Shown: positions 19,358-29,109 of the stretch, piece by piece
How positions within the stretch are numbered: position 1 is the stretch's first letter
Layout: each line of letters opens with the position of its first letter
Origin: Nanobdellota archaeon
GTDB taxonomy: Archaea; Nanobdellota; Nanobdellia; Woesearchaeales; UBA9642
DNA length: 64,000 nt
Assembly (NCBI GenBank): GCA_021813435.1
Contig: JAKAKR010000004.1
Coordinates: 120,972 to 184,971 of the forward strand
Reading direction: 5' to 3'
The notes under the pieces: generated by a model
Database searches by the model: none
The model's input: the letters and a program-made list of their open reading frames with translations, nothing else
Told to the model about the DNA's origin: nothing
Position numbers and translations under genes: made by a program

Positions 19358-21046
19358 ATGCGCAGTCGCGCGCGATCAGATGTGCAATCGGTTTCGACGG
19401 GTATGAGCATCGAACAATCCAATCAACCATCGACTTCTCCGTCCAGTGATACGACTCAACGCAGCACGAATGCAAAGAACCTGACATCCTATTATTCCGA
19501 GGAAAACAAAAAAATCCGAAACTTGATGGAGCTCAAGAAAATAAAATCAAACATCAAGAAATCACAGAGCGATTTCCATGCGGTCAAGGAGATCAGCAAG
19601 TTCCTGCGCGATATTGAGGATATCAAGAAATCGCAAAAAATTATCTATTTTAGCCGCATCATGCATATGCAGGTGTTTGATGTTACTGGCATGCGTGTCG
19701 GACGCATCAAGGATCTTGCGATATCCGGAGGAGACCGGTTCCCGGAAGTGTCGCATCTCCTTCTTCATCGACGCCGCAAGGACATAGTCATCCCCTGGAA
19801 GCAGGTCAAGACATTCAATACCTGCATTATTCTGGACAGGCCTTTTAGTAGTGTCGAGAAGCGCGCTGCAAAGGATGATGATATCTTCCTGAACGACCAC
19901 ATCATGGATAAGCAAGTCGTCGATGTCAATGGACTCAAGGTTATCCGGGTGAATGATATCTCACTCACGCACGTCCAGAATAGATTGTCTGTCATCAGTA
20001 TTGATATCGGATCGCGGGCAATATTCCGCAGGCTTGGCATTGAAAAAATACTCTCTATCATCCCTTTCAAGGTATCTGACCGCCCAGTACCGTGGGATAC
20101 CGTCGAACCATTGACACATTCTCTTGAGAAAATCCATCTCAAGGTTCCCTGCCCGCGCGTTTCAGACCTGCACCCTGCTGATGTCGCGCAATTATTCGAT
20201 GAATTGAGCACTATTGAACGTGACACACTCCTCAAACCAATGCGAAGCGATCGTGCCGCGCGAATCCTACTTGAATGTGATCCTGAAGTCCAGGAATCAA
20301 TCATCAAGAATCTCAAACATAAGCGTCTGGCGTTGATCCTTGAAAAGATGTCGCCGAATGATGCGGCAAACCTCATCACTGACCACTGCAAGGACAGGAT
20401 TGATATACTCCTCAAGGCAATGAACAAGAATCGCGCATCACAAATCCAGGAGATGTTTCTCTACGCGAAGGGAAGCGTTGCACGGTATATGGATAGTGAA
20501 TTCATTGCGCTCCCCCAGGGCATGACTATTGAGGAGGCGCTCGCGCACATCCGATCGCTTCCCACGCATCCAAAGCTCTTTGATGGCATCTATGTGGTTG
20601 ATGATGATTATGTCTTTGTGGGCATTCTTTCACTCAAGAATTTCATCCTTGCAAGCCCCCAGGAAACACTGGGCAGCGCAATGATCCCCGGAACATTATC
20701 CGTCGAAGTCAATTATCCCATTGAACTTGTCGAAGAGATCATCACAAAATACGATCTGCTCTCCATTCCAGTCATTGACGGCAATGGCAGAATCCGCGGC
20801 ATTATCCATATCGAAGAGATTCTTGACGTTGTTCTGGATCGCAACCAGAAGAACGAGTCGTTTGAGGCGACTGCAGAGCAGAAAGAGGAATTGCGCGAGA
20901 ATACGCGACTCAAGCGGTATTATACGACACTTTCAAAGGATATCAATAAACTGATGCGGGAACTCGAGTCAGTCAAACCACGAAAGTCCGAGTATATCGG
21001 AAGTGTGGATGCAGTCAAAAAAGATCTCGCGCAAGCACCTGAATAA
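19358..21046 (+). CDS. soluble PRC-barrel x2 + MgtE N-terminal domain + CBS-pair protein (no membrane domain)
   Basis: Two PRC-barrel-like segments (MQVFDVTGMRVGRIKDL; VVDVNGLKVIRVNDIS), MgtE_N-like helical region, two CBS motifs; no hydrophobic C-terminal transporter domain. Confidence 0.7.
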   Translation: MRSRARSDVQSVSTGMSIEQSNQPSTSPSSDTTQRSTNAKNLTSYYSEENKKIRNLMELKKIKSNIKKSQSDFHAVKEISKFLRDIEDIKKSQKIIYFSRIMHMQVFDVTGMRVGRIKDLAISGGDRFPEVSHLLLHRRRKDIVIPWKQVKTFNTCIILDRPFSSVEKRAAKDDDIFLNDHIMDKQVVDVNGLKVIRVNDISLTHVQNRLSVISIDIGSRAIFRRLGIEKILSIIPFKVSDRPVPWDTVEPLTHSLEKIHLKVPCPRVSDLHPADVAQLFDELSTIERDTLLKPMRSDRAARILLECDPEVQESIIKNLKHKRLALILEKMSPNDAANLITDHCKDRIDILLKAMNKNRASQIQEMFLYAKGSVARYMDSEFIALPQGMTIEEALAHIRSLPTHPKLFDGIYVVDDDYVFVGILSLKNFILASPQETLGSAMIPGTLSVEVNYPIELVEEIITKYDLLSIPVIDGNGRIRGIIHIEEILDVVLDRNQKNESFEATAEQKEELRENTRLKRYYTTLSKDINKLMRELESVKPRKSEYIGSVDAVKKDLAQAPE

Positions 21047-21064
21047 AGAATGAGGACATAACTT

Positions 21065-22351
21065 ATGGCAGATAGTGTGATGAAATGGATCAGGGGAATC
21101 AGGGAAAAATTCGACAAGACACAATTCTTCATGCTCCTCAGCATCATTGGGCCGGGGATTATCACTGCCGCAGTCGATAATGATCCGGGTGGCATCACGA
21201 CATACAGTGTCGCCGGATCCCATTATGGCTTTCTTCTGCTCTGGACCATTATTCCGATCCTTATCGCGCTTGTCCTCATCCAGGAGATGGCTGCACGTAT
21301 GGGCATTGTGACTGGTAAAGGGCTTGCAGATCTTATCAGGGAAAATTATGGACTGCGCGTCACATTCTATCTCATGCTGCTTCTCATCATTGTCAATTTC
21401 GGAAATGTCCTCTCGGAATTTGCAGGTATCGCCGCTGCAGGAGACATTTTTGGCATCAGCAAATACATCCTCATCCCTATCTGCGCCATCGGCATATGGT
21501 TCCTTGTCGTCTATGGAAGTTATAAGGTCGTTGAGCGGGTATTTCTTGCTGCATCACTGTTCTATATCGCCTATATCGTTTCAGGAATCCTTGCAAAGCC
21601 GGTATGGAATACAGTGCTCTTACAGATTGTGACGCCGCACCTTGTCATGCGTTCAGATTATTTTGTGATCATCATGGGACTCATCGGAACGACTATTGCG
21701 CCCTGGATGATGTTCTACCTGCAGAGTTCCATTGTCGAGAAAGGACTCAAGCCCGCGGATCTCAAATATTCGCGTGCCGATGTTATCAGCGGAAGCATTG
21801 TAACTGCAATTGTTGCATTCTTCATCATTGTCGCATGTGCAGTCACCTTGTATGCCAATGGGATAACCGTCGACACTGCAGGGGAAGCCGCAAAGGCTTT
21901 ACTCCCGCTTGCAGGAACCTATGCCGCGCTCCTCTTTGCGTTCGGACTCTTCAATGCCGGAGTCTTTAGTGCAGCGATCCTTCCACTCTCGACTGCATAT
22001 TCTGTCTGCGAAGGTATGGGTTGGGAGTCAGGCGTCAACAAGAAGTTTCGCGAGGCGCCGCAATTCTATTTTCTCATCACGGGACTCATTGTCTTTGGCG
22101 CAGCAATCATCCTTATCCCGCGCATCCCGCTTCTTGACATCATGATCATCTCACAGGTATTAAATGGGATACTCCTCCCGGTCATACTTGTCTATATGCT
22201 GCGCTTGAGCAATAACCGCAAGATCATGGGAGAGTACAAGAATTCGCGCACATTCAATATCACCACATGGGGGATAACAGTTATCATTATTGTCCTCACA
22301 GTATTTTTGACACTCTCCTACTTTTCGCCAAACATGTTCATCTTTGCATAG
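21065..22351 (+). CDS. mntH: NRAMP-family divalent metal (Mn2+/Fe2+) transporter
   Basis: AAVDNDPGGITTYS (DPGN metal-site motif), ~11 hydrophobic segments, MPGH-like region (WMMFYLQSSIV). Confidence 0.9.
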   Translation: MADSVMKWIRGIREKFDKTQFFMLLSIIGPGIITAAVDNDPGGITTYSVAGSHYGFLLLWTIIPILIALVLIQEMAARMGIVTGKGLADLIRENYGLRVTFYLMLLLIIVNFGNVLSEFAGIAAAGDIFGISKYILIPICAIGIWFLVVYGSYKVVERVFLAASLFYIAYIVSGILAKPVWNTVLLQIVTPHLVMRSDYFVIIMGLIGTTIAPWMMFYLQSSIVEKGLKPADLKYSRADVISGSIVTAIVAFFIIVACAVTLYANGITVDTAGEAAKALLPLAGTYAALLFAFGLFNAGVFSAAILPLSTAYSVCEGMGWESGVNKKFREAPQFYFLITGLIVFGAAIILIPRIPLLDIMIISQVLNGILLPVILVYMLRLSNNRKIMGEYKNSRTFNITTWGITVIIIVLTVFLTLSYFSPNMFIFA

Positions 22352-22420
22352 TATGTTCTACGATTACTTTTGGGATAGCAGGCATCACTTTTTTAAATAT
22401 CACATTATTTTCTCAGGGGC

Positions 22421-23122
22421 ATGAGACCGCTCAAGGCAGAACTGCATGCACATGCGAAAGGTGATCCTGCGCACGCACTCTCTTATACAGTCAAAGATCT
22501 CATTGATGCAGCGCATAAACATCATTATCAGGTTCTTGCAGTCACATTCCATGACAAGGTATTTGAAGGTCCGAAATTCCGCAGGATGCAGGCCTATGCG
22601 AAGAAAAAGAATATCCTGCTTATCCCTGGATGTGAGGCGACTATTGAGAAGCGGCACACCCTCATCTATAATATCACTGAACGCGAGCGCAAGCGCATCA
22701 AGACATTTCGTGACCTGCGCAGATTGCGCAAGGAAAAGATGCAGCGCGGCGAGGAAATGCTGGTGATCGCTCCCCATCCCTTCTTTTCAACGCCGCTTAT
22801 CGCGCGGCATTGCCTGGGCCGAAAACTTATCGGAAACATTGATATTTTTGACGCTATTGAGTATAGTTTTTTTTATCTGAAGCGCTACAACAAGAACAAA
22901 CGCGCGATGCGCATCGCAAAACGATACCTCAAGCCTGTTGTCGGCAATGCGGATATCCATGTCCTGGAAAACCTGAACTTTACCTACACCATGATCAATT
23001 CTGAAAAGACAGTTGAAGGAGTTATCCGCGCAATTAAGCAGGGAGATATCACTCTTGTCACCAAGCCATTGAAAGTGCGGCATCTTGCAAAGCTTGCATA
23101 CTTCTACTCCTACAAGAGCTGA
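22421..23122 (+). CDS. PHP-domain (polymerase/histidinol phosphatase-like) metal-dependent phosphoesterase
   Basis: ELHAHAKGD, VTFHDKV, IAPHPF, NADIHV His/Asp-rich motifs consistent with PHP fold. Confidence 0.55.
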   Translation: MRPLKAELHAHAKGDPAHALSYTVKDLIDAAHKHHYQVLAVTFHDKVFEGPKFRRMQAYAKKKNILLIPGCEATIEKRHTLIYNITERERKRIKTFRDLRRLRKEKMQRGEEMLVIAPHPFFSTPLIARHCLGRKLIGNIDIFDAIEYSFFYLKRYNKNKRAMRIAKRYLKPVVGNADIHVLENLNFTYTMINSEKTVEGVIRAIKQGDITLVTKPLKVRHLAKLAYFYSYKS

Positions 23123-23193
23123 GACTCGCATTACCACAGCGCACTGTAGAAACTGTTAGTCGCCTTTAGATGAACATCTTTAATGTATTGGTC

Positions 23194-23228
23194 TAAAAAT
23201 GTTCACAGAATCGCAAATAGTGAACATT
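23194..23228 (+). promoter_or_regulatory. 11-bp perfect inverted repeat AAAATGTTCAC-N13-GTGAACATTTT between PHP gene and downstream hypothetical gene
   Basis: read directly; 70 nt downstream of PHP stop and ~25 nt upstream of next start; operator or terminator. Confidence 0.4.
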
Positions 23229-23249
23229 TTCCTGAGGTGAATCTGAAAT

Positions 23250-23924
23250 GTGAATGGCGACTACGAGCAAAGCGAGAATTTCTACAGCGCCAATAACAAC
23301 CAAAAGTTTTTAAATAAGAAATACTCGGATACTCCTATGGCGTTCAAATTTGAAGGTGAGGGAACCCACAATATTCTCGTAGCGCAGCTTGAGATAGAGA
23401 ACGAAGAGACGTTCCATATGAAGAATCTCTACAAGCTCATCTATAACTGGCTTTCTGAGGAGGGATTCGCCGATGTCTATGGTGGGGATTACCCTGAAGT
23501 ATTCTATCTTGAACGCATTCTCGGCAGCGGATCCAAGGAGCATCGTATCTGGTGGAGATGCCTGCGCACGCCAGAAAAGAGCCAGTATTACCGCTATTTT
23601 CTCAAGATCGATTATATGACGCTGAACATGAAAGCAATCGAGGTCATGCACCAAGGCCACAAGATGAAGACTGATCGTGGTGATGTCATCATCAGGATAT
23701 GGGCATATCTGCAATTGGATTATACGAAGAGATGGAGAAGTTCACCATTCATGATGCGCTTTGACAAATTGTTCAGGAACAGGATCTATAAAGCGCAGAT
23801 CGAGGCATACAAGGTCGACCTCTACAAGACTTCCTATCGTCTCCAGAATGTCATCAAGCAATACCTGAAACTCAAGACACTCTACGAGATGCCAAAGCCA
23901 TTCCATCCCGAAAAGGGATTATAA
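23250..23924 (+). CDS. hypothetical protein
   Basis: 224-aa ORF (GTG start in track; first ATG codes MAFKFEGEG at 23334); no recognisable family. Confidence 0.4.
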   Translation: MNGDYEQSENFYSANNNQKFLNKKYSDTPMAFKFEGEGTHNILVAQLEIENEETFHMKNLYKLIYNWLSEEGFADVYGGDYPEVFYLERILGSGSKEHRIWWRCLRTPEKSQYYRYFLKIDYMTLNMKAIEVMHQGHKMKTDRGDVIIRIWAYLQLDYTKRWRSSPFMMRFDKLFRNRIYKAQIEAYKVDLYKTSYRLQNVIKQYLKLKTLYEMPKPFHPEKGL

Positions 23925-24122
23925 TTATTTTTTTCTTCATAGGCAACAGTACTGTCATGACGCAAGAATCCCTGTCGGTCTCTGTCTGTAGGTATCATAA
24001 ATAAATTTTTATGGAATTACAAATAATAACAATTTAAATGATAAAAATTTCCTTTGCATGATGCTGCCTGATGCGAGCGATAGGTACTGTAACAGTAACT
24101 TTTTATACCCTGCCCTGTTCTT

Positions 24123-25139
24123 TTGATGATGGATGAACTCATCGCATCAGTCAGGGCATTGATAAAAGAAGAGACTTCAACACCCGCAGATGATACGGTG
24201 ATCATGGGCAGGCAATACCTACCGCTTTGCATTGCTACTGCGAATTTTTGCGCAATCAATGCCGCGCAAACACCTCTTTCTTATACCGTGCTTTTTGTTG
24301 ATGGGGGAAACAGCATCCTCTTTTCCGGCGCAGGATTATGCATTGGCTTTATCAGGACCGCAGCAGTCCTATACACAGACAATACGCGGGTAAAGCGCGA
24401 AGTCAAGGAATTCTTTATTGTGGTTGCGGAAAAAGAAGGATTGTTCACGGTCAAGACATTCCCGAAAACATCATTTGACGGAATGCTGTTCAATCCTGAG
24501 GATGAATCATTGCGTGATGGGATTGCACGCTCACTCTCGACACGCATTGTGCCTGTTGTGCGAAGATTCGCTGAACTCGAGTTTGCCGCGGCAATGAACA
24601 CTGCATGGAATCCTGCAGCAATCATCCTTGATGGAACTCTCGAATCACGTTACCCTTATGAGTCAGAATTTCTTGAGACACTCTTGCAGTCAAAGCGTGC
24701 GTGCGCTCTCGCCAAGACCTGCAGCATCACGACAAAAAACGGTTTTCCCGTCACTACGCAATTGCGCAAATTAGGGCCAGTAGGCGCATGGTATTATTAT
24801 CCACTCGTCGAAAACCCTAACCCACTCCATGCTGCAGAGATTTATTTCATACGACTGCATGAACGATCATCATATGTGTTTCGTTTTGAAACGCAAATAG
24901 GATTTGACGGGGATGTAAACGCGCTGCTTTCTGCGCTTGCGCAAAACAGCACTGATCCGGTATTCTACGGATATCCCTACGGGCTCATTGACGTCGATGC
25001 AGTCGCGCGCATCAGCGATGAAGAAAAACAGATGCTCCAGACAACATTCTCAGTAAAGCTCGGCAAGGAATGGCAGGAATTCTCAAAGCGGCTTTCCAGC
25101 ATGGACGCGCACGAGATACTCGATAAGATACGATTCTAA
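24123..25139 (+). CDS. NurA-like 5'-3' nuclease domain protein (orphan, no adjacent HerA)
   Basis: LFVDGGNS (DGS-type motif), ILDGTLE, DAHEILD arranged as in NurA RNase-H-like nucleases. Confidence 0.45.
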   Translation: MMMDELIASVRALIKEETSTPADDTVIMGRQYLPLCIATANFCAINAAQTPLSYTVLFVDGGNSILFSGAGLCIGFIRTAAVLYTDNTRVKREVKEFFIVVAEKEGLFTVKTFPKTSFDGMLFNPEDESLRDGIARSLSTRIVPVVRRFAELEFAAAMNTAWNPAAIILDGTLESRYPYESEFLETLLQSKRACALAKTCSITTKNGFPVTTQLRKLGPVGAWYYYPLVENPNPLHAAEIYFIRLHERSSYVFRFETQIGFDGDVNALLSALAQNSTDPVFYGYPYGLIDVDAVARISDEEKQMLQTTFSVKLGKEWQEFSKRLSSMDAHEILDKIRF

Positions 25140-25145
25140 ACAGTC

Positions 25146-25796
25146 TTATTTTTTTACGAGTCGTTTGTATGAAATATACAACGTCAATCCGATCCCTAGC
25201 GGAATTATTGATCCGAATAATAATGTTCCTCCCACAAGTTCCGAGACTAATTCTCCTATTGTTATTTCTTCGATTTGTTGGAGTTGTGTATTGATTGGTT
25301 TTCGAGAATAATCGGTTTCTTTTTCAAGATCTCTTTTAATAGTATTCATTTCGTTTGCAATAGCGCAGTCTTTCTGTTCTATGTTATTTAATCGCTCGAC
25401 CAGTGAATGATTTTTAAAATAGTTGGATTCTTTAGGCGCAATCCATCGGTTGTTTGCAGAAATGTTCTCAAAATCCGATTTGTTCATATAGCTCGGAGGA
25501 TCTACTTCTCCGTTATATTCCTCTTGCGGTAGGCCATTCATAAGATACAGAAATCGTTCATACATTTCTTTTTTTTCTTTATAGTGTGTATATTCTTTAG
25601 CGTAGATTGTATCTAATTCAGTCTTTATTTTTATCTTTTCATACTGGCGAACAGCATAATACGAGAATATTATTATTCCCGGAATGATGAATGCTTTTGC
25701 AATTTTTAGATAATATTCTGCCGCTGTTTTCTTCCATTTTATCTCTCTTTCGTTAGCTATTGGTGTCACGACTGGTTTATTCTCATTTGTTTCCAT
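25146..25796 (-). CDS. hypothetical membrane protein with coiled-coil region
   Basis: hydrophobic helices near both termini; no family recognised. Confidence 0.4.
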   Translation of the reverse strand: METNENKPVVTPIANEREIKWKKTAAEYYLKIAKAFIIPGIIIFSYYAVRQYEKIKIKTELDTIYAKEYTHYKEKKEMYERFLYLMNGLPQEEYNGEVDPPSYMNKSDFENISANNRWIAPKESNYFKNHSLVERLNNIEQKDCAIANEMNTIKRDLEKETDYSRKPINTQLQQIEEITIGELVSELVGGTLLFGSIIPLGIGLTLYISYKRLVKK

Positions 25797-25831
25797 TACT
25801 CGAGGAATGTCTCGGTCTATTTTAATTATTG

Positions 25832-25849
25832 TCGGATGATTTCATCCGA
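25832..25849 (+). promoter_or_regulatory. palindrome TCGGATGA-TT-TCATCCGA in divergent promoter region upstream of TrmB paralog 2
   Basis: 8-bp perfect inverted arms immediately followed by AAATATTTAAATA TATA-like element. Confidence 0.4.
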
Positions 25850-25882
25850 AATATTTAAATACTGTTTGAGCAAGATGGCATT

Positions 25883-26605
25883 ATGGATACGACGGTCATC
25901 AAAAATCTTGGACTCACTGATTACGAGACTACGCTGTTTCTTTGCCTGTTGAAGAATGGTCCGCTCTCGGTATACGAACTTGCAACAAAGACCGGTCTTT
26001 ATCGACAGGCGTGCTATGATGCACTGAACCGATTGCAAGAGAAGGGATTTGTGAGTTATGTTCTGCAGAACGGGCGAAAGATATTTACGGCAATTAATCC
26101 TGCGCAGATATCGCTCCTCTTAGAGCAACAGAAGTCCTCTTTTGATGCCCTGCTTCCTGAACTTCTTGCTCTCAAAACTCTCGGCGGAGAAGATATCACT
26201 GTTTCAGTCTTTAAGGGAAAAACCGTCATCCCCACTGCGCTGCGTGATATCATATCGACGCTTCCAAAGAACGGGGAAGTGCTTTGCACTGCGGTCGATG
26301 AACTGTTCGCTCTTGAAACAAATAAGACTATTGTCGAGCAATATGAACGCGACATACTCCTCAAAAAAATTCATGAACGGGTGATTATCAAAAAAGGTAC
26401 ACGCGGGTTTTTGCAGAAAGGAAATACGCAATACCGCTATATTGATGCGCAGTACTTTAATGCGAATCCTGTTCTTATCTACGGAGATACAGTCGAAATT
26501 ATTATGTGGGGCAGTCCGAACCATCTTATTCAAATCAAAAGCAAACCAATCGCTGAGAGTTTCAGAAAGCAATTTGAGTTCATGTGGTTGCACGCCAAAA
26601 AATAA
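25883..26605 (+). CDS. TrmB-family transcriptional regulator (paralog 2)
   Basis: N-terminal wHTH LGLTDYETTLFLCLLKNGPLSVYELATKTGLYRQACYDALNRLQEKGFV + TrmB-like C-terminal region. Confidence 0.75.
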   Translation: MDTTVIKNLGLTDYETTLFLCLLKNGPLSVYELATKTGLYRQACYDALNRLQEKGFVSYVLQNGRKIFTAINPAQISLLLEQQKSSFDALLPELLALKTLGGEDITVSVFKGKTVIPTALRDIISTLPKNGEVLCTAVDELFALETNKTIVEQYERDILLKKIHERVIIKKGTRGFLQKGNTQYRYIDAQYFNANPVLIYGDTVEIIMWGSPNHLIQIKSKPIAESFRKQFEFMWLHAKK

Positions 26606-26678
26606 CTGGACACATACACTGCGATTGTTTAGTTTGAACCTAAGCAAAATTTATAAATCCCCTTTCCTGAGGTTGATC

Positions 26679-27677
26679 ATGCCACAATCCTTTGATATCA
26701 TCACCATTGGTTCTGCAACAGTCGATGTGTTTATGCATACTGATCCGCAGCATGCGCATCTCACGCACACGCACCATGAAAAAGATGTTTGTTATCCACT
26801 GGGCGCAAAGATACTGGTCAAAGAATTGGAATTCTTCATCGGCGGCGGCGGAACAAACACTGCAGTAGGGTTCTCACGCCTCGGATTCCGGACCGCGTAC
26901 CTGGGGAAGATCGGCAATGATGAGAATGGATCGCGGATCCTCAAATGCCTCAAGGATGAATCAGTCGCATTCATCGGCGCGACTGCAAAAAAAGGGTATT
27001 CCGGATATTCAGTGATACTGGACTCAGTTGCTGAGGACAGGACAATCTTTGCCTACAAGGGATCCAATGACCAACTCGCAGCAGCAGATATTGACTTCAA
27101 AAAACTCAATGCGCAGTGGTTCTATTTCTCGTCCATGATGCAGAAAAGTTTTGAGACGCAGAAACGCATTGTGGCGCATGCAGCAGCGCGCAAGATCAAG
27201 ATTGCATTCAACCCGAGCCTGTATATCGCTGCTCTGGGCGCGCATCATATTGCACGCATCCTTGCACATACGGAGATACTCATCTTCAATAAGGAAGAGG
27301 CGCAGGCGCTCCTTGGCGACACTGATTCTAATATACAGAACCTCTGCATGAAGGTCGCAAAATTCGGGCCAAAGATCATTGTCATCACTGACGGCAGGAA
27401 CGGCGCGCATTGCTATAACACGCATGAGCACCTCTTTTACATCGTTATGCCTGCAAAAGTAAAGATTATTGAGACAACCGGCGCAGGCGATGCATTCAGT
27501 GTCGGATTTGTCGCAGGAATCATGAATGATAAGCCGACTGAGACTGCGCTCAAGATGGGTATGCTCAACGCAGAATCAGTCATTGCGCATCGCGGCGCAA
27601 AAAATATCCTTTTGGGCAAGGGACTGTTCCGGACGGCGGAAAAGGACCGACGGAAGGTTGAAAAGAAAAAAATCTGA
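26679..27677 (+). CDS. PfkB-family carbohydrate kinase (ribokinase-like)
   Basis: ITIGSATVDVF N-terminus, GGGGTN, C-terminal TTGAGDAFSVGFVAG anion-hole motif; start moved to ATG at 26679 (track start is upstream alternative). Confidence 0.85.
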   Translation: MPQSFDIITIGSATVDVFMHTDPQHAHLTHTHHEKDVCYPLGAKILVKELEFFIGGGGTNTAVGFSRLGFRTAYLGKIGNDENGSRILKCLKDESVAFIGATAKKGYSGYSVILDSVAEDRTIFAYKGSNDQLAAADIDFKKLNAQWFYFSSMMQKSFETQKRIVAHAAARKIKIAFNPSLYIAALGAHHIARILAHTEILIFNKEEAQALLGDTDSNIQNLCMKVAKFGPKIIVITDGRNGAHCYNTHEHLFYIVMPAKVKIIETTGAGDAFSVGFVAGIMNDKPTETALKMGMLNAESVIAHRGAKNILLGKGLFRTAEKDRRKVEKKKI

Positions 27678-27690
27678 GCAACCCTGAAAA

Positions 27691-28128
27691 TTATAGCAGC
27701 GGCCAAAACGCTTTGGCAAATGATTCGTTTGCCTTTTTCTGATATTTGCTATAGTCCTTGTTCTTTTGCAATTCTATACCTATCTCATCATCTAACTGTT
27801 CAATGATCTTATACCTGCGGTCCAGTTGCGGTTCGATATCTTCCAATGGATGATAGCCGTCTTCTATTTTGAAATAGAGTTTATCCAACTGGGGGTATTT
27901 TTTATGTACATTTGATAACGGGAATAATTCGCTAAACTGTATTGCTGTGGATTTGCGTACGTTGAGTAATGAGTCCAATCTGCTGTTTTTTTCTGCTTCT
28001 TTGTTGAATTCGATCCGTGCCTTCCCGTAATAGGTATCTGCCTGATATCCATAATAACCCATGCGTATAATTGCGCCAGCACACAGCGCAATTGCAGCAT
28101 ATGTGATGCGCTTGGATATTTGTTTCAT
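27691..28128 (-). CDS. hypothetical N-terminally anchored protein
   Basis: N-terminal TM helix (ITYAAIALCAGAIIRMGYYGY); rest hydrophilic, unknown. Confidence 0.4.
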   Translation of the reverse strand: MKQISKRITYAAIALCAGAIIRMGYYGYQADTYYGKARIEFNKEAEKNSRLDSLLNVRKSTAIQFSELFPLSNVHKKYPQLDKLYFKIEDGYHPLEDIEPQLDRRYKIIEQLDDEIGIELQKNKDYSKYQKKANESFAKAFWPLL

Positions 28129-28244
28129 GATGCACCTCGTTTGTTCATTTTTTGCGTAACAGCTCTGGCAATAGTGTCGATCTCCATTGAACGATAACGC
28201 CTAATAGATATCACTGCTAAGTGAATAGTAATATAAATATTCGC

Positions 28245-28275
28245 TTTCCCTTAAGGGGAAGAAAAATTTATATAT
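28245..28275 (+). promoter_or_regulatory. operator-like palindrome TTTCCCTTAAGGGGAA abutting BRE/TATA (GAAAAATTTATATAT) of TrmB paralog 3
   Basis: same TTTCCCT-N3-GGGG motif as at 7597/7623; TATA at 28266-28275, start codon 28297. Confidence 0.5.
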
Positions 28276-28296
28276 CTTGAATGCTCTTGCAGCACC

Positions 28297-29055
28297 ATGA
28301 CACTGGAATATGGTCTTGAGCAACTCGGTCTGACCCGAAATGAGGTCAAAGTATATCTTGCGCTCGTGGACATTGGTCAGACCACCACATCTGCAATAAT
28401 AAAAAACACCGGGATTAACACGTCAAAGGTCTACGAGAGTCTTGAACGCCTGCTCAGAAAAGGCATTGTATCCTATACTATCATCAAGAATAAGAAGCAC
28501 TGGCAGGCAGAGGACCCCGCACGCATCCGTGATTATATCACCGCGGAAAAACAGGCGATTCGCAAGAAAGAGGATTTTGCATCGGCGATCATCGCGGATT
28601 TAACCATACGAAAAAACATCCATCACGACACCACCACCTACAAAATCTACGAGGGAATAAAAGGAGTCAAAACTGCACGCGAGAATGTACTCAATGTTCT
28701 TCACAAAGGAGATACATTCTACCTTATTCTTGCGAATTATCCACAGGATGAACGGCTTGAATCATTTTGGGTGGAGTTTCAAAAGAAACGGGCACAGCAG
28801 GGAATTCATGTAAAATACATCATCAACGATACACTTACCAAAGCAGCACATATCAGAAAACCGTTACCCCTTACCACGGTAAAATATGTCAACCCCGATA
28901 TCCTCTCGCCGACCTGGACAGAAATCTACGGTGATTATGTTAGCATTGGCGTCCTTGGCGAAAACCCCTCGGTCTTTGTCATCCATAATGCTGCGGTTGC
29001 TAAAGGATTTTTGAATTATTTCAATTTTTTATGGACACTGGGAAAGAAACGATAA
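28297..29055 (+). CDS. TrmB-family transcriptional regulator (paralog 3)
   Basis: LGLTRNEVKVYLALVDIGQTTTSAIIKNTGINTSKVYESLERLLRKGIV wHTH; overall collinear with paralog 1. Confidence 0.8.
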   Translation: MTLEYGLEQLGLTRNEVKVYLALVDIGQTTTSAIIKNTGINTSKVYESLERLLRKGIVSYTIIKNKKHWQAEDPARIRDYITAEKQAIRKKEDFASAIIADLTIRKNIHHDTTTYKIYEGIKGVKTARENVLNVLHKGDTFYLILANYPQDERLESFWVEFQKKRAQQGIHVKYIINDTLTKAAHIRKPLPLTTVKYVNPDILSPTWTEIYGDYVSIGVLGENPSVFVIHNAAVAKGFLNYFNFLWTLGKKR

Positions 29056-29109
29056 CAAAACAATACACAAACTATATAAATACACTTTACGATGATCGAT
29101 GAATAAGAG

